Shown here in pieces: positions 33,605-41,981 of a stretch of DNA of 48,850 bases. The DNA is from a virus. A program made the translations under genes and the position numbers. The notes below the pieces were generated by a model that saw only the letters and a list, made by a program, of their open reading frames with translations, did not search any database and had not been told where the DNA came from. How positions within the stretch are numbered: the first letter of the stretch is position 1; the number at the start of each line of letters is the position of its first letter. The stretch is taken from IMG/VR virus record IMGVR_UViG_3300002460_000044, positions 1-48,850 of that record; one strand, written 5' to 3'.

Positions 33605-35823
33605 TAAATTGCTACTGGTGTCTGTCCCTGACCCTGAATCAACGCTGGAATAGTATCTTGAATCGCCTTATTTGCCCCAGATTGGTCACCAACCAGTTTA
33701 GTTCTACCCGCTTCTAGTGGAACTTCGGTTTGTGGTCTGGGTGGTAAGGCTCCCTCGGCAGTAGTTCCGGCTTGTCCTCTTGAAGTTTGGGCTATTAACT
33801 CCCCAATAACATGGTCAATAAAATTAACTATAATAGGAGAGTTGTTAGGAACTGCCTGAAATATATCAGAATTCATAAATTCAGCATGTAATTGGGTATG
33901 AGCAGGACTGGCGTAGGGCGTCGGTGGTACTAACTGCCCCTTCATCATCAGTTCATTTTCTCTCATAGCCAGCTCTACCTCTTGTTGAAGCCTAGCTTCG
34001 GGAACATCTTGCTGAACCTCTTTTTCAATCTTGTAATCATCTGGATTAAGGTCATTCACCTTTAATAACTGGTCACCGAGCTTAACTGGGTCAAAACCAA
34101 CCCCTGCGATAGCTAATTGAATCAACCTGTCGTACATTTCAGTAACCTTGCTTTGCATAAGCGGTTTAGAAATTGGTAAACTGCTACCAGCCGCAAATTT
34201 TATGTCGTACCCGCCCTTAGCAACGGGAATAAAGTATTCTGGCTTTAACTGGAAAAAACTGGTGCCGTTAATCGGCCTTTCGATTGGATTGCCAACTTCA
34301 TCAAACTGTAACTCTTTGTTTTCCAGTCGTATTTCCTTAAATTCTTTTTTGAAGGGTTGGCCCTCAATAACCTCCACCATTCCTTGCTGGGCCAACTTAG
34401 CAACCTCGGCCTTGAATTCTTGGGTGCCTTTTTGACCAACTATTTTCTCCAGCCTTGGTTGTGAGTAAAACTGGATTATATTAGCTACTCGAAGCCTCGC
34501 TATCCTAACCAAAAACTCCCTTTCTAGTAGCCTCATTTTTAATCTTATCCTTTTAAGGGCTGACTCCTTTAAAATAGCCGCTTCGGTGGCCGTTCCTGGG
34601 GTTGGAAGGCTGGCGCTTCTTGGGTCAATTCCAGTAGAAATCGTAGCGTCGTCGCCAAGCAGTTTTATACTCATTTCCACGCTTCGGGGTATATCACCAT
34701 ATTCTATCGGTTGGGCGGCGTTAGGATCATCGGTCGGAATCATTCCGTGCGGTCGAGCAATTAAATCTTCATCGTTCAAACCAAGATTATTACTAACCAA
34801 AAACATCTTGTCTATATCAAGGTGGTTACGGTCAATCACCATTCTTCTGAGAGTATTTATTTCATCCTGCGTAGATTCAAGTATCTCGGCTTCTCCCTTA
34901 CCATAAAAACTGTGGGGTCTTTTAACGTCCACTATTCTTGCAAAGGGGAGCTGTTTGTGGCGATAAATATTGGGGCTATTTCGGATCACTACGTCGTTGG
35001 CTACTATGACAAGGGTATCATCTGGTTTCTTGGCCCAGTACCAAAGGACTTCGACTTCTTTGCTGTGGTCTATCCCCTGCGGCGGCTTATAAAATTCGTA
35101 GTATTCAGTATCGCCACCTGGCTTCACATATTTTGCATTTTCAAGCGGATTCCAAACATCTCCAGTAAAGAAAATTTTGAAATCATCAATGTTCATTATG
35201 TAGCGGCGAATACAATCTCTGGCTGCGTAAGGCCCGTCAAATCCCCTGGCTTTTTCGTCAACGTAAAAATCGTTTAGCTTGACTGTTTCCATATAACAGT
35301 CGTCGTAGTCAAATACCTCTTCCTCGACAAACTCCTCCTTACCTTTTTTATTTAATTTCATGTGCCTGACCAGCCTTCTGTCTTTAAGATAGTATTCCTG
35401 GGCGATACCAGTACCGTAAATAAGGGCGTCTTTTTCTACGTTGTAGAGTTCGCTGTCACCGTCAGCAACATCCCAAGTATATCTAAATATATGACTCATA
35501 ACGGTAGCTTTATGCTGATCTTCGCTGCTTCTTGGTAAAATCAGGGGTTGGGGGGTTTGATCAATTATTTCAGCTAAGGCTGTTTCCACTACGGCAGTGG
35601 TCAGGGGAACGTAATGGTTGCTTTGCCAATCGCTGCCACGTTCTCGGTCTTTCCTTTGGGCTTCCCACTGTTTAATCGCTTTATCCCACTTCCTCTCCGC
35701 CTCGATTCTGTCGGGGGCGTCCTTCATGTTTTGATAGCGGTCGTAGACACGTTCCAAGGCCTCCGCCTCTTTATCGGTTGGTTTATATTCCGAACGGATT
35801 TTTGGTTTTTTATCTATTGCCAT
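33604..35823 (-). CDS. Portal protein
   Basis: 739 aa, immediately downstream of terL. Size and position are typical. No motif-level verification is possible by eye. Confidence 0.65.
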   Translation of the reverse strand: MAIDKKPKIRSEYKPTDKEAEALERVYDRYQNMKDAPDRIEAERKWDKAIKQWEAQRKDRERGSDWQSNHYVPLTTAVVETALAEIIDQTPQPLILPRSSEDQHKATVMSHIFRYTWDVADGDSELYNVEKDALIYGTGIAQEYYLKDRRLVRHMKLNKKGKEEFVEEEVFDYDDCYMETVKLNDFYVDEKARGFDGPYAARDCIRRYIMNIDDFKIFFTGDVWNPLENAKYVKPGGDTEYYEFYKPPQGIDHSKEVEVLWYWAKKPDDTLVIVANDVVIRNSPNIYRHKQLPFARIVDVKRPHSFYGKGEAEILESTQDEINTLRRMVIDRNHLDIDKMFLVSNNLGLNDEDLIARPHGMIPTDDPNAAQPIEYGDIPRSVEMSIKLLGDDATISTGIDPRSASLPTPGTATEAAILKESALKRIRLKMRLLEREFLVRIARLRVANIIQFYSQPRLEKIVGQKGTQEFKAEVAKLAQQGMVEVIEGQPFKKEFKEIRLENKELQFDEVGNPIERPINGTSFFQLKPEYFIPVAKGGYDIKFAAGSSLPISKPLMQSKVTEMYDRLIQLAIAGVGFDPVKLGDQLLKVNDLNPDDYKIEKEVQQDVPEARLQQEVELAMRENELMMKGQLVPPTPYASPAHTQLHAEFMNSDIFQAVPNNSPIIVNFIDHVIGELIAQTSRGQAGTTAEGALPPRPQTEVPLEAGRTKLVGDQSGANKAIQDTIPALIQGQGQTPVAI

Positions 35824-35848
35824 TTATTTAATATCCGTTTCTTTCATA

Positions 35849-37345
35849 CTAGTAAAGATACCGGCCAGCGAAATACTCCTTTTTTTCTCTTGGCCTCGCT
35901 AAAAGAGCCAGCGAGTAGGAAAGGGCGTCAATTATGTCATCGTGTTGCCCCCTGGGAAATCGCCGAAGCTCGTCTTCTAAATATTGATTGTTCGGCATCT
36001 GTTTCCAGTGGAAAACCTTTCCCGCCGCATAAAGGGGTTGGAGAGCCTGGATACGCTGATGTTTACTTCGCCCACCTGGCTTAACTTCTTGTATCGGCAG
36101 GTAACGCCCTCTCCTAGCCGCTTCCTCTCTTATTGAGTAGGCCAGGGCCTTTTGGTAAGCCACGTCTTCAACTCCAATTCGGTTCGGGTGCCATCTTTCC
36201 GCCAATTTAAATAACTCGTTAATAATTTCTGTCGGTTTATACTTGGCCCTAACGACTTCTCTTATATAGATATTACCATATTGGTCGATTGATGTAACTA
36301 CAATACCCGTATAGTCAGCCTGTTTTTCCAGAGAAATGGCTGGGTCTACAGTTATATAGGTATAGAAAAGCTTACCTGGAACATCGGCTGGTTCATAGTA
36401 ATGAAACCATTCTTTTTTGAAGGTGGCGTCCTCGGCTGGCACACTTTCATTAAGATACTGCGTGCTAAATTCATAAGGCCCCTTCTCCCTATACCTAGTT
36501 AGGAGCTCTTTCTGGTCGAATTTTTCGGGCCAAAGAAAACTTTTCAGCCCCTCGCCAGTACTTAAAGCGGTTTCTATCGGCCCCTCCCACTCAAACGCCT
36601 TTTTCAGCATTACATCATAACTGCTAATTACGTGGTTGTCTTTGTCCATTATCCAGGAATATAAATCACCGTCTGTCCACTTTGTACCCACAACAATCAT
36701 TTGCCCGCCTGGGTCAAGAAGGTCAAGAGAGTCTTTGTAACGAAGGATAACCTTTTCAATTTGGTCTCTGGTGCCGATGTTTTCTCTCTCTACCAAATCG
36801 TCGTGAATAATTAAATCGTAATGCTGACCTGTTTTAGTAGTCTCTACCCCCCAACCGGTAACAGTGGGTTCTTTACCTTTTTGGCCTGTTTTTGATTGTC
36901 TTAAAGTAATTCGATTCTCACTCCATTCTTCGGGATCCTTAGCCAAATCCCCAAAAATTCTCTTAAAATCTTCGTTTTCTGCTAAATGCCTCTTAATAGC
37001 CCTAACAAAATCAGCGGCAGTTTGGTAGGTGGCGTTTTGAATAAGAATACGAACGGCTGGATTATTGGCTATTCTGAAAAGAGAATACCCAACCGTAATT
37101 AGTGTGCTTTTAAGATGGCCTCTGGGAACGAGAATTAACTTCTTTTTGGAGATGTTGTCGGTAACAAAATGGCACAGCTCTTTATGAAAGTTAGACAAGG
37201 AAACTTTATCCGGCCCGTCCTCGGCCTTGAGAATATATTTATTGAAGATAAACAAGTCTTTTGCGGCCTTTTCTTTAAGGAGGGAATCCTGCAACGCTTT
37301 TTCCTGCTCGATTTGGGCAATCGCCGCCCTAAGATTTTCGTTCAT
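35849..37345 (-). CDS. terL: Terminase large subunit
   Basis: 498 aa. Walker A-like LVPRGHLKST, Walker B YDLIIHDDLV, nuclease-domain RIGVEDVAYQKAL, and C-terminal RGQHDDIIDALS. Confidence 0.9.
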   Translation of the reverse strand: MNENLRAAIAQIEQEKALQDSLLKEKAAKDLFIFNKYILKAEDGPDKVSLSNFHKELCHFVTDNISKKKLILVPRGHLKSTLITVGYSLFRIANNPAVRILIQNATYQTAADFVRAIKRHLAENEDFKRIFGDLAKDPEEWSENRITLRQSKTGQKGKEPTVTGWGVETTKTGQHYDLIIHDDLVERENIGTRDQIEKVILRYKDSLDLLDPGGQMIVVGTKWTDGDLYSWIMDKDNHVISSYDVMLKKAFEWEGPIETALSTGEGLKSFLWPEKFDQKELLTRYREKGPYEFSTQYLNESVPAEDATFKKEWFHYYEPADVPGKLFYTYITVDPAISLEKQADYTGIVVTSIDQYGNIYIREVVRAKYKPTEIINELFKLAERWHPNRIGVEDVAYQKALAYSIREEAARRGRYLPIQEVKPGGRSKHQRIQALQPLYAAGKVFHWKQMPNNQYLEDELRRFPRGQHDDIIDALSYSLALLARPREKKEYFAGRYLY

Positions 37346-37838
37346 CGATAGAAACCCTCATGGTTTGTTCTTCTTTCCAATTATTTATTGCCACCCAAGC
37401 ACTTTCCATAAACTTTTCAACGGCTTGGAAGTCAAACTCTGGGATATGGCTTGGTTTGAACGCTCTGGCGAACTTTCTTTTATCCGGTGAATAAAGTACA
37501 AAAACGAGTCCCTTGTCTTCTATGAAGGTGTGGCTGCTCCACCCCCGAGGGAACTCTTCTCCGACCGCTGCTTTGGACATAATATCGGCCAAGGCTCGCC
37601 AGTAATCCGCAATTTTAAAACGGTTTTTATCCTCTAAGGTGGTTAAAGTATCACTAATTACCCGCTCGGTTTCTTTGTCAGATTCCTTGCCTTTTTCTTT
37701 AACCCACCTAGCCGCTTCGGGTTCAGAATCTTGGCCGGTCGCCTCCAACTCTTCTTCTAGTTCAGCGGCATTTTTTTTAGACAGTTTCTCTGCTTCTAAG
37801 TTAGTCAAACCGTTTAAAGAAAGTTTCTTTTTCTTCAC
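37329..37838 (-). CDS. Hypothetical protein (169 aa), acidic N-terminal half
   Basis: ORF overlapping the terL start by 17 nt. No motif recognised. Confidence 0.5.
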   Translation of the reverse strand: MKKKKLSLNGLTNLEAEKLSKKNAAELEEELEATGQDSEPEAARWVKEKGKESDKETERVISDTLTTLEDKNRFKIADYWRALADIMSKAAVGEEFPRGWSSHTFIEDKGLVFVLYSPDKRKFARAFKPSHIPEFDFQAVEKFMESAWVAINNWKEEQTMRVSIDERKS

Positions 37839-37850
37839 TTTCTAAGTATA

Positions 37851-38108
37851 TCATACAAAGAAGGTATCGCTCACAAACCTAGTCACTTTGTCCCAATTTT
37901 CCAACGCCTCGGCTAAAACCAACTTGTCCCTCTTCTTTTTGCTTGTCTTTTTTCTTTTAAGGTAGGAATCTGTAAATAACTGCACCGACCGGTTATCACA
38001 GTTTTTAGAACCATTAAAACCAACGAGTGAAGCAATCAATGAGGAAGATAGTTTGTGGGTTAGTATTTGTTTTTTTCTTAACTCTATATAATCCTTAGTG
38101 GAGTACAT
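37851..38108 (-). CDS. Hypothetical basic protein (85 aa)
   Basis: ORF with an ATG start. Contains KRKKTSKKKRDK. Confidence 0.4.
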   Translation of the reverse strand: MYSTKDYIELRKKQILTHKLSSSLIASLVGFNGSKNCDNRSVQLFTDSYLKRKKTSKKKRDKLVLAEALENWDKVTRFVSDTFFV

Positions 38109-38122
38109 ATAGGTTTTCTTTT

Positions 38123-38137
38123 AGTTATAACCTCTTA
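38123..38137 (+). promoter_or_regulatory. 15-nt direct repeat copy 1 (agttataacctctta), candidate operator
   Basis: Exact copy of 38265..38279. Lies about 35 nt upstream of the -35 element. Confidence 0.4.
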
Positions 38138-38171
38138 GAGGAACCCTAAGGGGGGTAAGCGGGGGGAAAAC

Positions 38172-38201
38172 TTGACAAGCACCCCAGCTTATGGTTACAA
38201 T
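38172..38201 (+). promoter_or_regulatory. Sigma70-like early promoter
   Basis: TTGACA (38172-38177), 18-nt spacer, TACAAT (38196-38201). Confidence 0.6.
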
Positions 38202-38264
38202 AGAAGAAACACCCTTAGAATCTTCTAAAAAAGGGTCATGAAAAGTGAAAAATCGCTAGCGAAA

Positions 38265-38279
38265 AGTTATAACCTCTTA
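38265..38279 (+). promoter_or_regulatory. 15-nt direct repeat copy 2 (agttataacctctta)
   Basis: Exact copy of 38123..38137. Abuts the terminator stem. Confidence 0.4.
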
Positions 38280-38280
38280 A

Positions 38281-38310
38281 AACCACTCTAACAACCGAGT
38301 GGTTTTTTGT
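38281..38310 (+). terminator. Intrinsic terminator-like hairpin between the promoter and the first early gene
   Basis: 8-bp stem aaccactc/gagtggtt, 8-nt loop, then a T-run (ttttttgt including the stem end). Lies 28 nt before ATG 38338. Confidence 0.55.
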
Positions 38311-38337
38311 CAAGTATAGAAGCTGAAAGGAGAGAAG

Positions 38338-38532
38338 ATGAAACTTTACGCCACCGTCACCATTCGTACAGGTTGGCCACCCGACCAAATGAAGACGCAC
38401 GAGCTCGGGGAGGTTACTATGTACACCCTGGCGGAGTTTCTGGCTAAGGAATGCGACGAAAGAACTTTGAACGTAACCATTGGTTTATGGAATGAGAAGA
38501 AACTGGAAGAGGGCAGACGGCAAGCAACTTAG
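38338..38532 (+). CDS. Hypothetical early protein (64 aa)
   Basis: ATG preceded by SD AAAGGAGAG. Followed by a gacggc/gccgtc hairpin and ttttta. Confidence 0.55.
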   Translation: MKLYATVTIRTGWPPDQMKTHELGEVTMYTLAEFLAKECDERTLNVTIGLWNEKKLEEGRRQAT

Positions 38533-38696
38533 CGCGCCGTCTTTTTATTCGGAAGCAAAGCATAAATTAATACACCAATAAATCCAATCAGAATTCCCAC
38601 CAAAGCTGCTACCACCGTATTGTACCCCTTATTATCCGCCAGATAAGCGCAGATAATTGCCGCTACCAACCAAAAGAATAAAATTACAAATTCCAT
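38529..38696 (-). CDS. Small membrane protein (55 aa), below the ORF-track cutoff
   Basis: My translation: MEFVILFFWLVAAIICAYLADNKGYNTVVAALVGILIGFIGVLIYALLPNKKTAR (two hydrophobic helices). The ATG overlaps the RHH gene stop (TAATG). Confidence 0.5.
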   Translation of the reverse strand: MEFVILFFWLVAAIICAYLADNKGYNTVVAALVGILIGFIGVLIYALLPNKKTAR

Positions 38697-38947
38697 TATT
38701 TACCACCCCCTTTCTTGAACATACACTCCTTACAAAGATTTTTCGGTTTTTCGTGTTTGCACAAGTTAACTAATGGGGTCTGTAGTTTCTGTGTGTCTTT
38801 CACGAAACTACGTACTTCCGGTTCTATCTTCTTACCAAACTTGAATAAAGATTTCAGCATCCCAGACATGGAAACTCTTTCTTCAAAAGCTCTTTTTCTC
38901 AGTTCTTCGTGTTCTTCTTCGGTTAAATAAACAATAACTGGCTTCAT
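38696..38947 (-). CDS. Ribbon-helix-helix (CopG/Arc-like) DNA-binding protein candidate
   Basis: 83 aa. The N-terminus MKPVIVYLTEEEHEELRKRAFEERVSMSGMLKSLF fits a beta-strand/helix/helix RHH pattern. The C-terminus has C..C pairs. Confidence 0.5.
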   Translation of the reverse strand: MKPVIVYLTEEEHEELRKRAFEERVSMSGMLKSLFKFGKKIEPEVRSFVKDTQKLQTPLVNLCKHEKPKNLCKECMFKKGGGK

Positions 38948-38958
38948 ATTATATTATC

Positions 38959-38987
38959 ATAATATCATAATAGTATAGTATTGTCAA
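38959..38987 (-). promoter_or_regulatory. Sigma70-like promoter for the RHH gene (near-leaderless)
   Basis: On the minus strand: TTGACA (38987-38982), 17-nt spacer, TATTAT (38964-38959). The ATG is at 38947, about 5 nt past the expected TSS. Confidence 0.5.
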
Positions 38988-39212
38988 ATTTTATTCTGCG
39001 CTGCGTTTGGCTTTGGAGTCCCCTTCGTAAATAAAAAAAGTTCTGAGAATTTATGTCGTATTTAATATTTGCTTATACAATATATTAAGAGATTCAAAGG
39101 GGTGTATGGGGGGTCTGATCCTACAGCCCTAGTTTATACCTACAATCGAGTATAACTATAATTATACCCGATACTATAGCCTCAAACCTAAGTACCTATT
39201 ATATATAGGCTG

Positions 39213-39662
39213 TTATTCTAGGTCCTTAAGTAGCTTTTCTGTGGCTTCTCTAGTCTTACGGAGTTCTGATACTATTTCCTTATATGATAGATTTTCATAT
39301 GGATTAATATTCACATTTAGGTTAGCCCTCTTCTGGGTAGGATAATAGTCAAAGACTTTAATCATGGTTTCTAGTCCTCTTAGAGCGTCAGCAACAGTAG
39401 CTTTTTCATTTATACCCTTTTCTATTACATTATTTAGTCTACTAGCTATGTAATCACTGTCATAACCTAATTTTCTAAAAGTTAGCTCTAATTCATTTAC
39501 TACGTCTGGGTTGGATAAATTTGCATAGGCTATATTTCTAGCATTGACTCGGCTGGTGGTGTTATAGCTCTTCAGAGCTGCTTCCGTAGCGTCTCCACCG
39601 AGAGCGTACTCCTTAATAAACTTTCTTCTCTTGGGAGTCAGTGGCATCCTTACTCTTGGCAT
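39213..39662 (-). CDS. terS: Terminase small subunit
   Basis: 149 aa. The N-terminus LTPKRRKFIKEYALGGDATEAALKSYNTTSRVNARNIAYANLSNPDV matches the common TerS HTH pattern (LTxKQxxFxxEY...GNATxAAxxAGYS). Confidence 0.7.
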   Translation of the reverse strand: MPRVRMPLTPKRRKFIKEYALGGDATEAALKSYNTTSRVNARNIAYANLSNPDVVNELELTFRKLGYDSDYIASRLNNVIEKGINEKATVADALRGLETMIKVFDYYPTQKRANLNVNINPYENLSYKEIVSELRKTREATEKLLKDLE

Positions 39663-39698
39663 ATTCTCATTTTACCATATTTAAGCGAAGTGTTTACA

Positions 39699-39728
39699 TT
39701 GAACATAGTAAGATGGTATAGATATAAT
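39699..39728 (+). promoter_or_regulatory. Candidate plus-strand promoter P1
   Basis: TTGAAC (39699-39704), 18-nt spacer, TATAAT (39723-39728). Overlaps the divergent minus-strand promoter. Confidence 0.4.
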
Positions 39729-39733
39729 CTCAA
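39705..39733 (-). promoter_or_regulatory. Candidate late/terS promoter
   Basis: On the minus strand: TTGAGA (39733-39728), 17-nt spacer, TACTAT (39710-39705). About 36 nt upstream of the terS ATG. Confidence 0.35.
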
Positions 39734-39736
39734 GGG

Positions 39737-39765
39737 TTGACAAGTAGTGTTATATGTGCTATACT
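39737..39765 (+). promoter_or_regulatory. Sigma70-like plus-strand promoter P2 for the 39918-43607 block
   Basis: TTGACA (39737-39742), 17-nt spacer, TATACT (39760-39765). Confidence 0.6.
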
Positions 39766-39917
39766 CTGTTTGTTAAGTTCAAAGAGCGCTTTAAAAATCC
39801 TTTACCTTCTAGTCGCTAGTCTTTAGAGTGCTTACTCTCCGGCTATATGTCGGGTGACGTGGTAAGTTAAAAGGCCCCGCAAACTGCCTAGAGGCTGGCG
39901 ATTAGAAGATAATATAT

Positions 39918-40115
39918 ATGAACTACAAATACGATCAAGACCATTTAATAAACCCACCGATAGGAACCTTTAAAGATTTAAAGGCTTGGGTTAAAAGCAA
40001 CAAGCTTACTGTTATTACTGGATTACTTCTATTCATTATATTTATATTGTTGCTTTCTTCCATAAACGGTGATGTTTGTATGGAGTATCAGCAAGGGGTT
40101 GGGTGTATAAAATGA
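39918..40115 (+). CDS. Small membrane protein (65 aa)
   Basis: One hydrophobic helix (LTVITGLLLFIIFILLLSSI). First ORF after a 5' UTR of about 150 nt. Confidence 0.5.
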   Translation: MNYKYDQDHLINPPIGTFKDLKAWVKSNKLTVITGLLLFIIFILLLSSINGDVCMEYQQGVGCIK

Positions 40116-40195
40116 AACCAATGGTTATTTTTCTTAGTTTATCAATAGCGATTACTTATATATTACTTTGGGTATTGCCAGCACTTTTTATTTGA
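40112..40195 (+). CDS. Tiny hydrophobic peptide (27 aa)
   Basis: My translation: MKPMVIFLSLSIAITYILLWVLPALFI. The ATG overlaps the upstream stop (ATGA). Confidence 0.3.
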   Translation: MKPMVIFLSLSIAITYILLWVLPALFI

Positions 40196-40216
40196 CGTTT
40201 ATATCGAGATATTTTT

Positions 40217-40363
40217 CTGAAGCTGGGGTGGCTGTAGCAAGCGGTGTCTAAGACGCTAGACCTACCATAATTGACCAGAGTTGGGTTAAACTCTAACTGC
40301 GGATGGACAACATTACTAGGAGAGTTACTACTTTGGTTGACGGAATCCCACCCCCAGCTTCAG
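40217..40363 (+). ncRNA. Candidate structured RNA (about 147 nt), unclassified
   Basis: Closing helix ctgaagctggggtgg (40217-40231) pairs with ccacccccagcttcag (40348-40363): 15 bp plus one bulged C. Internal hairpins are agcg/cgct (40240-40257) and agagtt/aactct (40277-40294). Not a canonical tRNA cloverleaf. Confidence 0.3.
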
Positions 40364-40384
40364 GAGAAAATCAGAAAGGCGGTG

Positions 40385-40594
40385 ATGAAAATGAACCTGC
40401 TCACAAAGGAAAGAGTAATCTGGCTTATTATTGCCATAATTTTATTGACTGCATTAGCCAACGGACTAATCTGGTTCAATAAAAATTTTGCTTTAATGGC
40501 CGTGCCAAAAGGTAAGGAAGACAGTGTAAGGGTTTGCCTAGATAATAAAGTAGCTTGCTCCCTTATCTACGAAAGCAAGGACGAGATTAAATAA
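40385..40594 (+). CDS. Small membrane protein (69 aa)
   Basis: Internal ATG of track ORF 40271..40594. MKMNLLTKERVIWLIIAIILLTALANGLIWF has one TM helix. The upstream TTG extension has no SD and coincides with the RNA structure. Confidence 0.5.
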   Translation: MKMNLLTKERVIWLIIAIILLTALANGLIWFNKNFALMAVPKGKEDSVRVCLDNKVACSLIYESKDEIK

Positions 40595-40755
40595 AGAAGA
40601 ATAGGAGAGAGATAACGAAACAAGCAGGTTAGATTATTATTATTCTTGATACCTAGCCTGTTTGTTCCGACACCCGGGTTGGCCTTAACAGGCCAGTCTG
40701 GGGGTTAGGTATTAATATACTTAACATTATATGATTATAATAGGAATGTATAAGT

Positions 40756-40920
40756 ATGGAACTATTGACACCTAGAGAAACAGCCGAGTTTTTGAGAGTT
40801 AGTCGCAGTGCAATCTATAAATGGATAGCTAGTGGCACGCTAAAAACTGTAAGAGTGCAAGGCGAGCCAAGAATTAGCAAAGACTGGCTCTTAAATGAGT
40901 TTATTAAGGAGGAAAAGTGA
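40756..40920 (+). CDS. Excisionase/MerR-type helix-turn-helix DNA-binding protein (54 aa), below the ORF-track cutoff
   Basis: My translation: MELLTPRETAEFLRVSRSAIYKWIASGTLKTVRVQGEPRISKDWLLNEFIKEEK. This is the classic HTH_17 pattern (LT..E.A..L.VS..T+Y.W...G.+...++G). Its stop overlaps the next start (GTGA). Confidence 0.7.
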   Translation: MELLTPRETAEFLRVSRSAIYKWIASGTLKTVRVQGEPRISKDWLLNEFIKEEK

Positions 40921-41189
40921 GTAAATACACACTACCGACAATAAATACTACTAAATATGCGGAAATACAAACTAAAATGAGAGAAATTCCCTTGCTCCGT
41001 AAAAGTGTAGAGCAAAAGGCCAGAGAAACCGCCGAACAAATATTCTACTTTGAAACAATCAACCTCCCAAAAAAGGAAAGGCAGGAATTAAATCAATATG
41101 TTCAGCTTATTGAGATTATGCTTATTAAAGCCTTTAGCAACGGAGCAGTTTTAGGTAAGTATATACAGGAAGTTGAAGATGGAAAATAA
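40917..41189 (+). CDS. Hypothetical protein (90 aa)
   Basis: GTG start coupled to the upstream stop. No motif recognised. Confidence 0.45.
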   Translation: MSKYTLPTINTTKYAEIQTKMREIPLLRKSVEQKARETAEQIFYFETINLPKKERQELNQYVQLIEIMLIKAFSNGAVLGKYIQEVEDGK

Positions 41190-41349
41190 CGACGGCGAAA
41201 AGATACTGGAAACTATCGCCAGTGTTAACAGGCAATTACAAGCCGGTAAGTTTGCGGAGCCTTGGGAAGGTGTGGAGGTTATGAGTAAATTACTTAAAAG
41301 ATACAATGACTATTTAGCAAAATATAATAAAGAAAAGGAGTTTAATTAA
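41179..41349 (+). CDS. Hypothetical protein (56 aa), below the ORF-track cutoff
   Basis: My translation: [56 protein letters not shown]. It fills the gap between neighbouring ORFs exactly. Confidence 0.4.
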   Translation: MENNDGEKILETIASVNRQLQAGKFAEPWEGVEVMSKLLKRYNDYLAKYNKEKEFN

Positions 41350-41350
41350 A

Positions 41351-41590
41351 ATGCCGAAAGGTGTCTATTCACATACCCATATACCCTTGTGCGGCACAAG
41401 AAGTAAAAGTGGTATGTCCGTGATTTTACATGCGGATCATATTAAGCCATTCGCTGGTTACCCAGAATTAAGGTTTGATATAACCAACGGCCGAACACTT
41501 TGTGTGGATTGTCACAAAACCACAGATACTTATCTTTATAAATTTAATCAAGGGGGTAACCATAACAGTTCGATGTCCCATACACGATAA
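41351..41590 (+). CDS. HNH nuclease, short form (79 aa)
   Basis: [32 protein letters not shown] matches the HNH core (DHI.P....N...LC..CH). The N-terminal CxxC appears degenerate (LCGTRSKSG). Confidence 0.65.
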   Translation: MPKGVYSHTHIPLCGTRSKSGMSVILHADHIKPFAGYPELRFDITNGRTLCVDCHKTTDTYLYKFNQGGNHNSSMSHTR

Positions 41591-41981
41591 AGAAATGGGT
41601 CTAATTAAAGCGGGCATAAGTAAGAAAAGTGGAAATCCATATAAAGCATTTTACGCTTGTACCAGCTTTAATTGTAAACAAACCGTTTCTGCTGTAGATG
41701 AACCAGATTCTATAGAAGAAAGTAAGAAGTTTGAGGCTGAGGCAGAAGAAAATTACCCTCTTAATGCCGCAGTAAAAGACTTTGAGAAGGAAATTGAGGC
41801 AGACACAAATGATGATTCCCCAATGACCAAGAGTGATTGGAGACGCAAAGATGAACAGATTGCCAGACTTACCTTAGCGAAATCATTTATTCAGGCAGGG
41901 ATAGACTTTGACAATGCTGTCAAGAATAATGATTTAGTAAAGTGGACAAAATGGGTAACTACAGGCGAAGTCAAGGACTAA
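41502..41981 (+). CDS. Zinc-ribbon protein (topoisomerase-type C4-like finger); start uncertain
   Basis: [38 protein letters not shown] has a C..H...C....C arrangement. The finger begins before the first ATG (41595). The track start GTG 41502 overlaps the HNH ORF by 89 nt. Confidence 0.45.
   Translation: MWIVTKPQILIFINLIKGVTITVRCPIHDKEMGLIKAGISKKSGNPYKAFYACTSFNCKQTVSAVDEPDSIEESKKFEAEAEENYPLNAAVKDFEKEIEADTNDDSPMTKSDWRRKDEQIARLTLAKSFIQAGIDFDNAVKNNDLVKWTKWVTTGEVKD

Noticed and set aside
40640-40710. Possible tRNA in the 40595..40755 spacer (7-bp closing stem ataccta/taggtat, internal ggcc hairpin), and tRNA-like reading of 40217..40363
   Set aside because: Neither folds into a canonical cloverleaf. 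The putative anticodon loops are 6 or 10 nt and there are no proper D or T arms. I could not run tRNAscan, so a non-canonical tRNA is not excluded.
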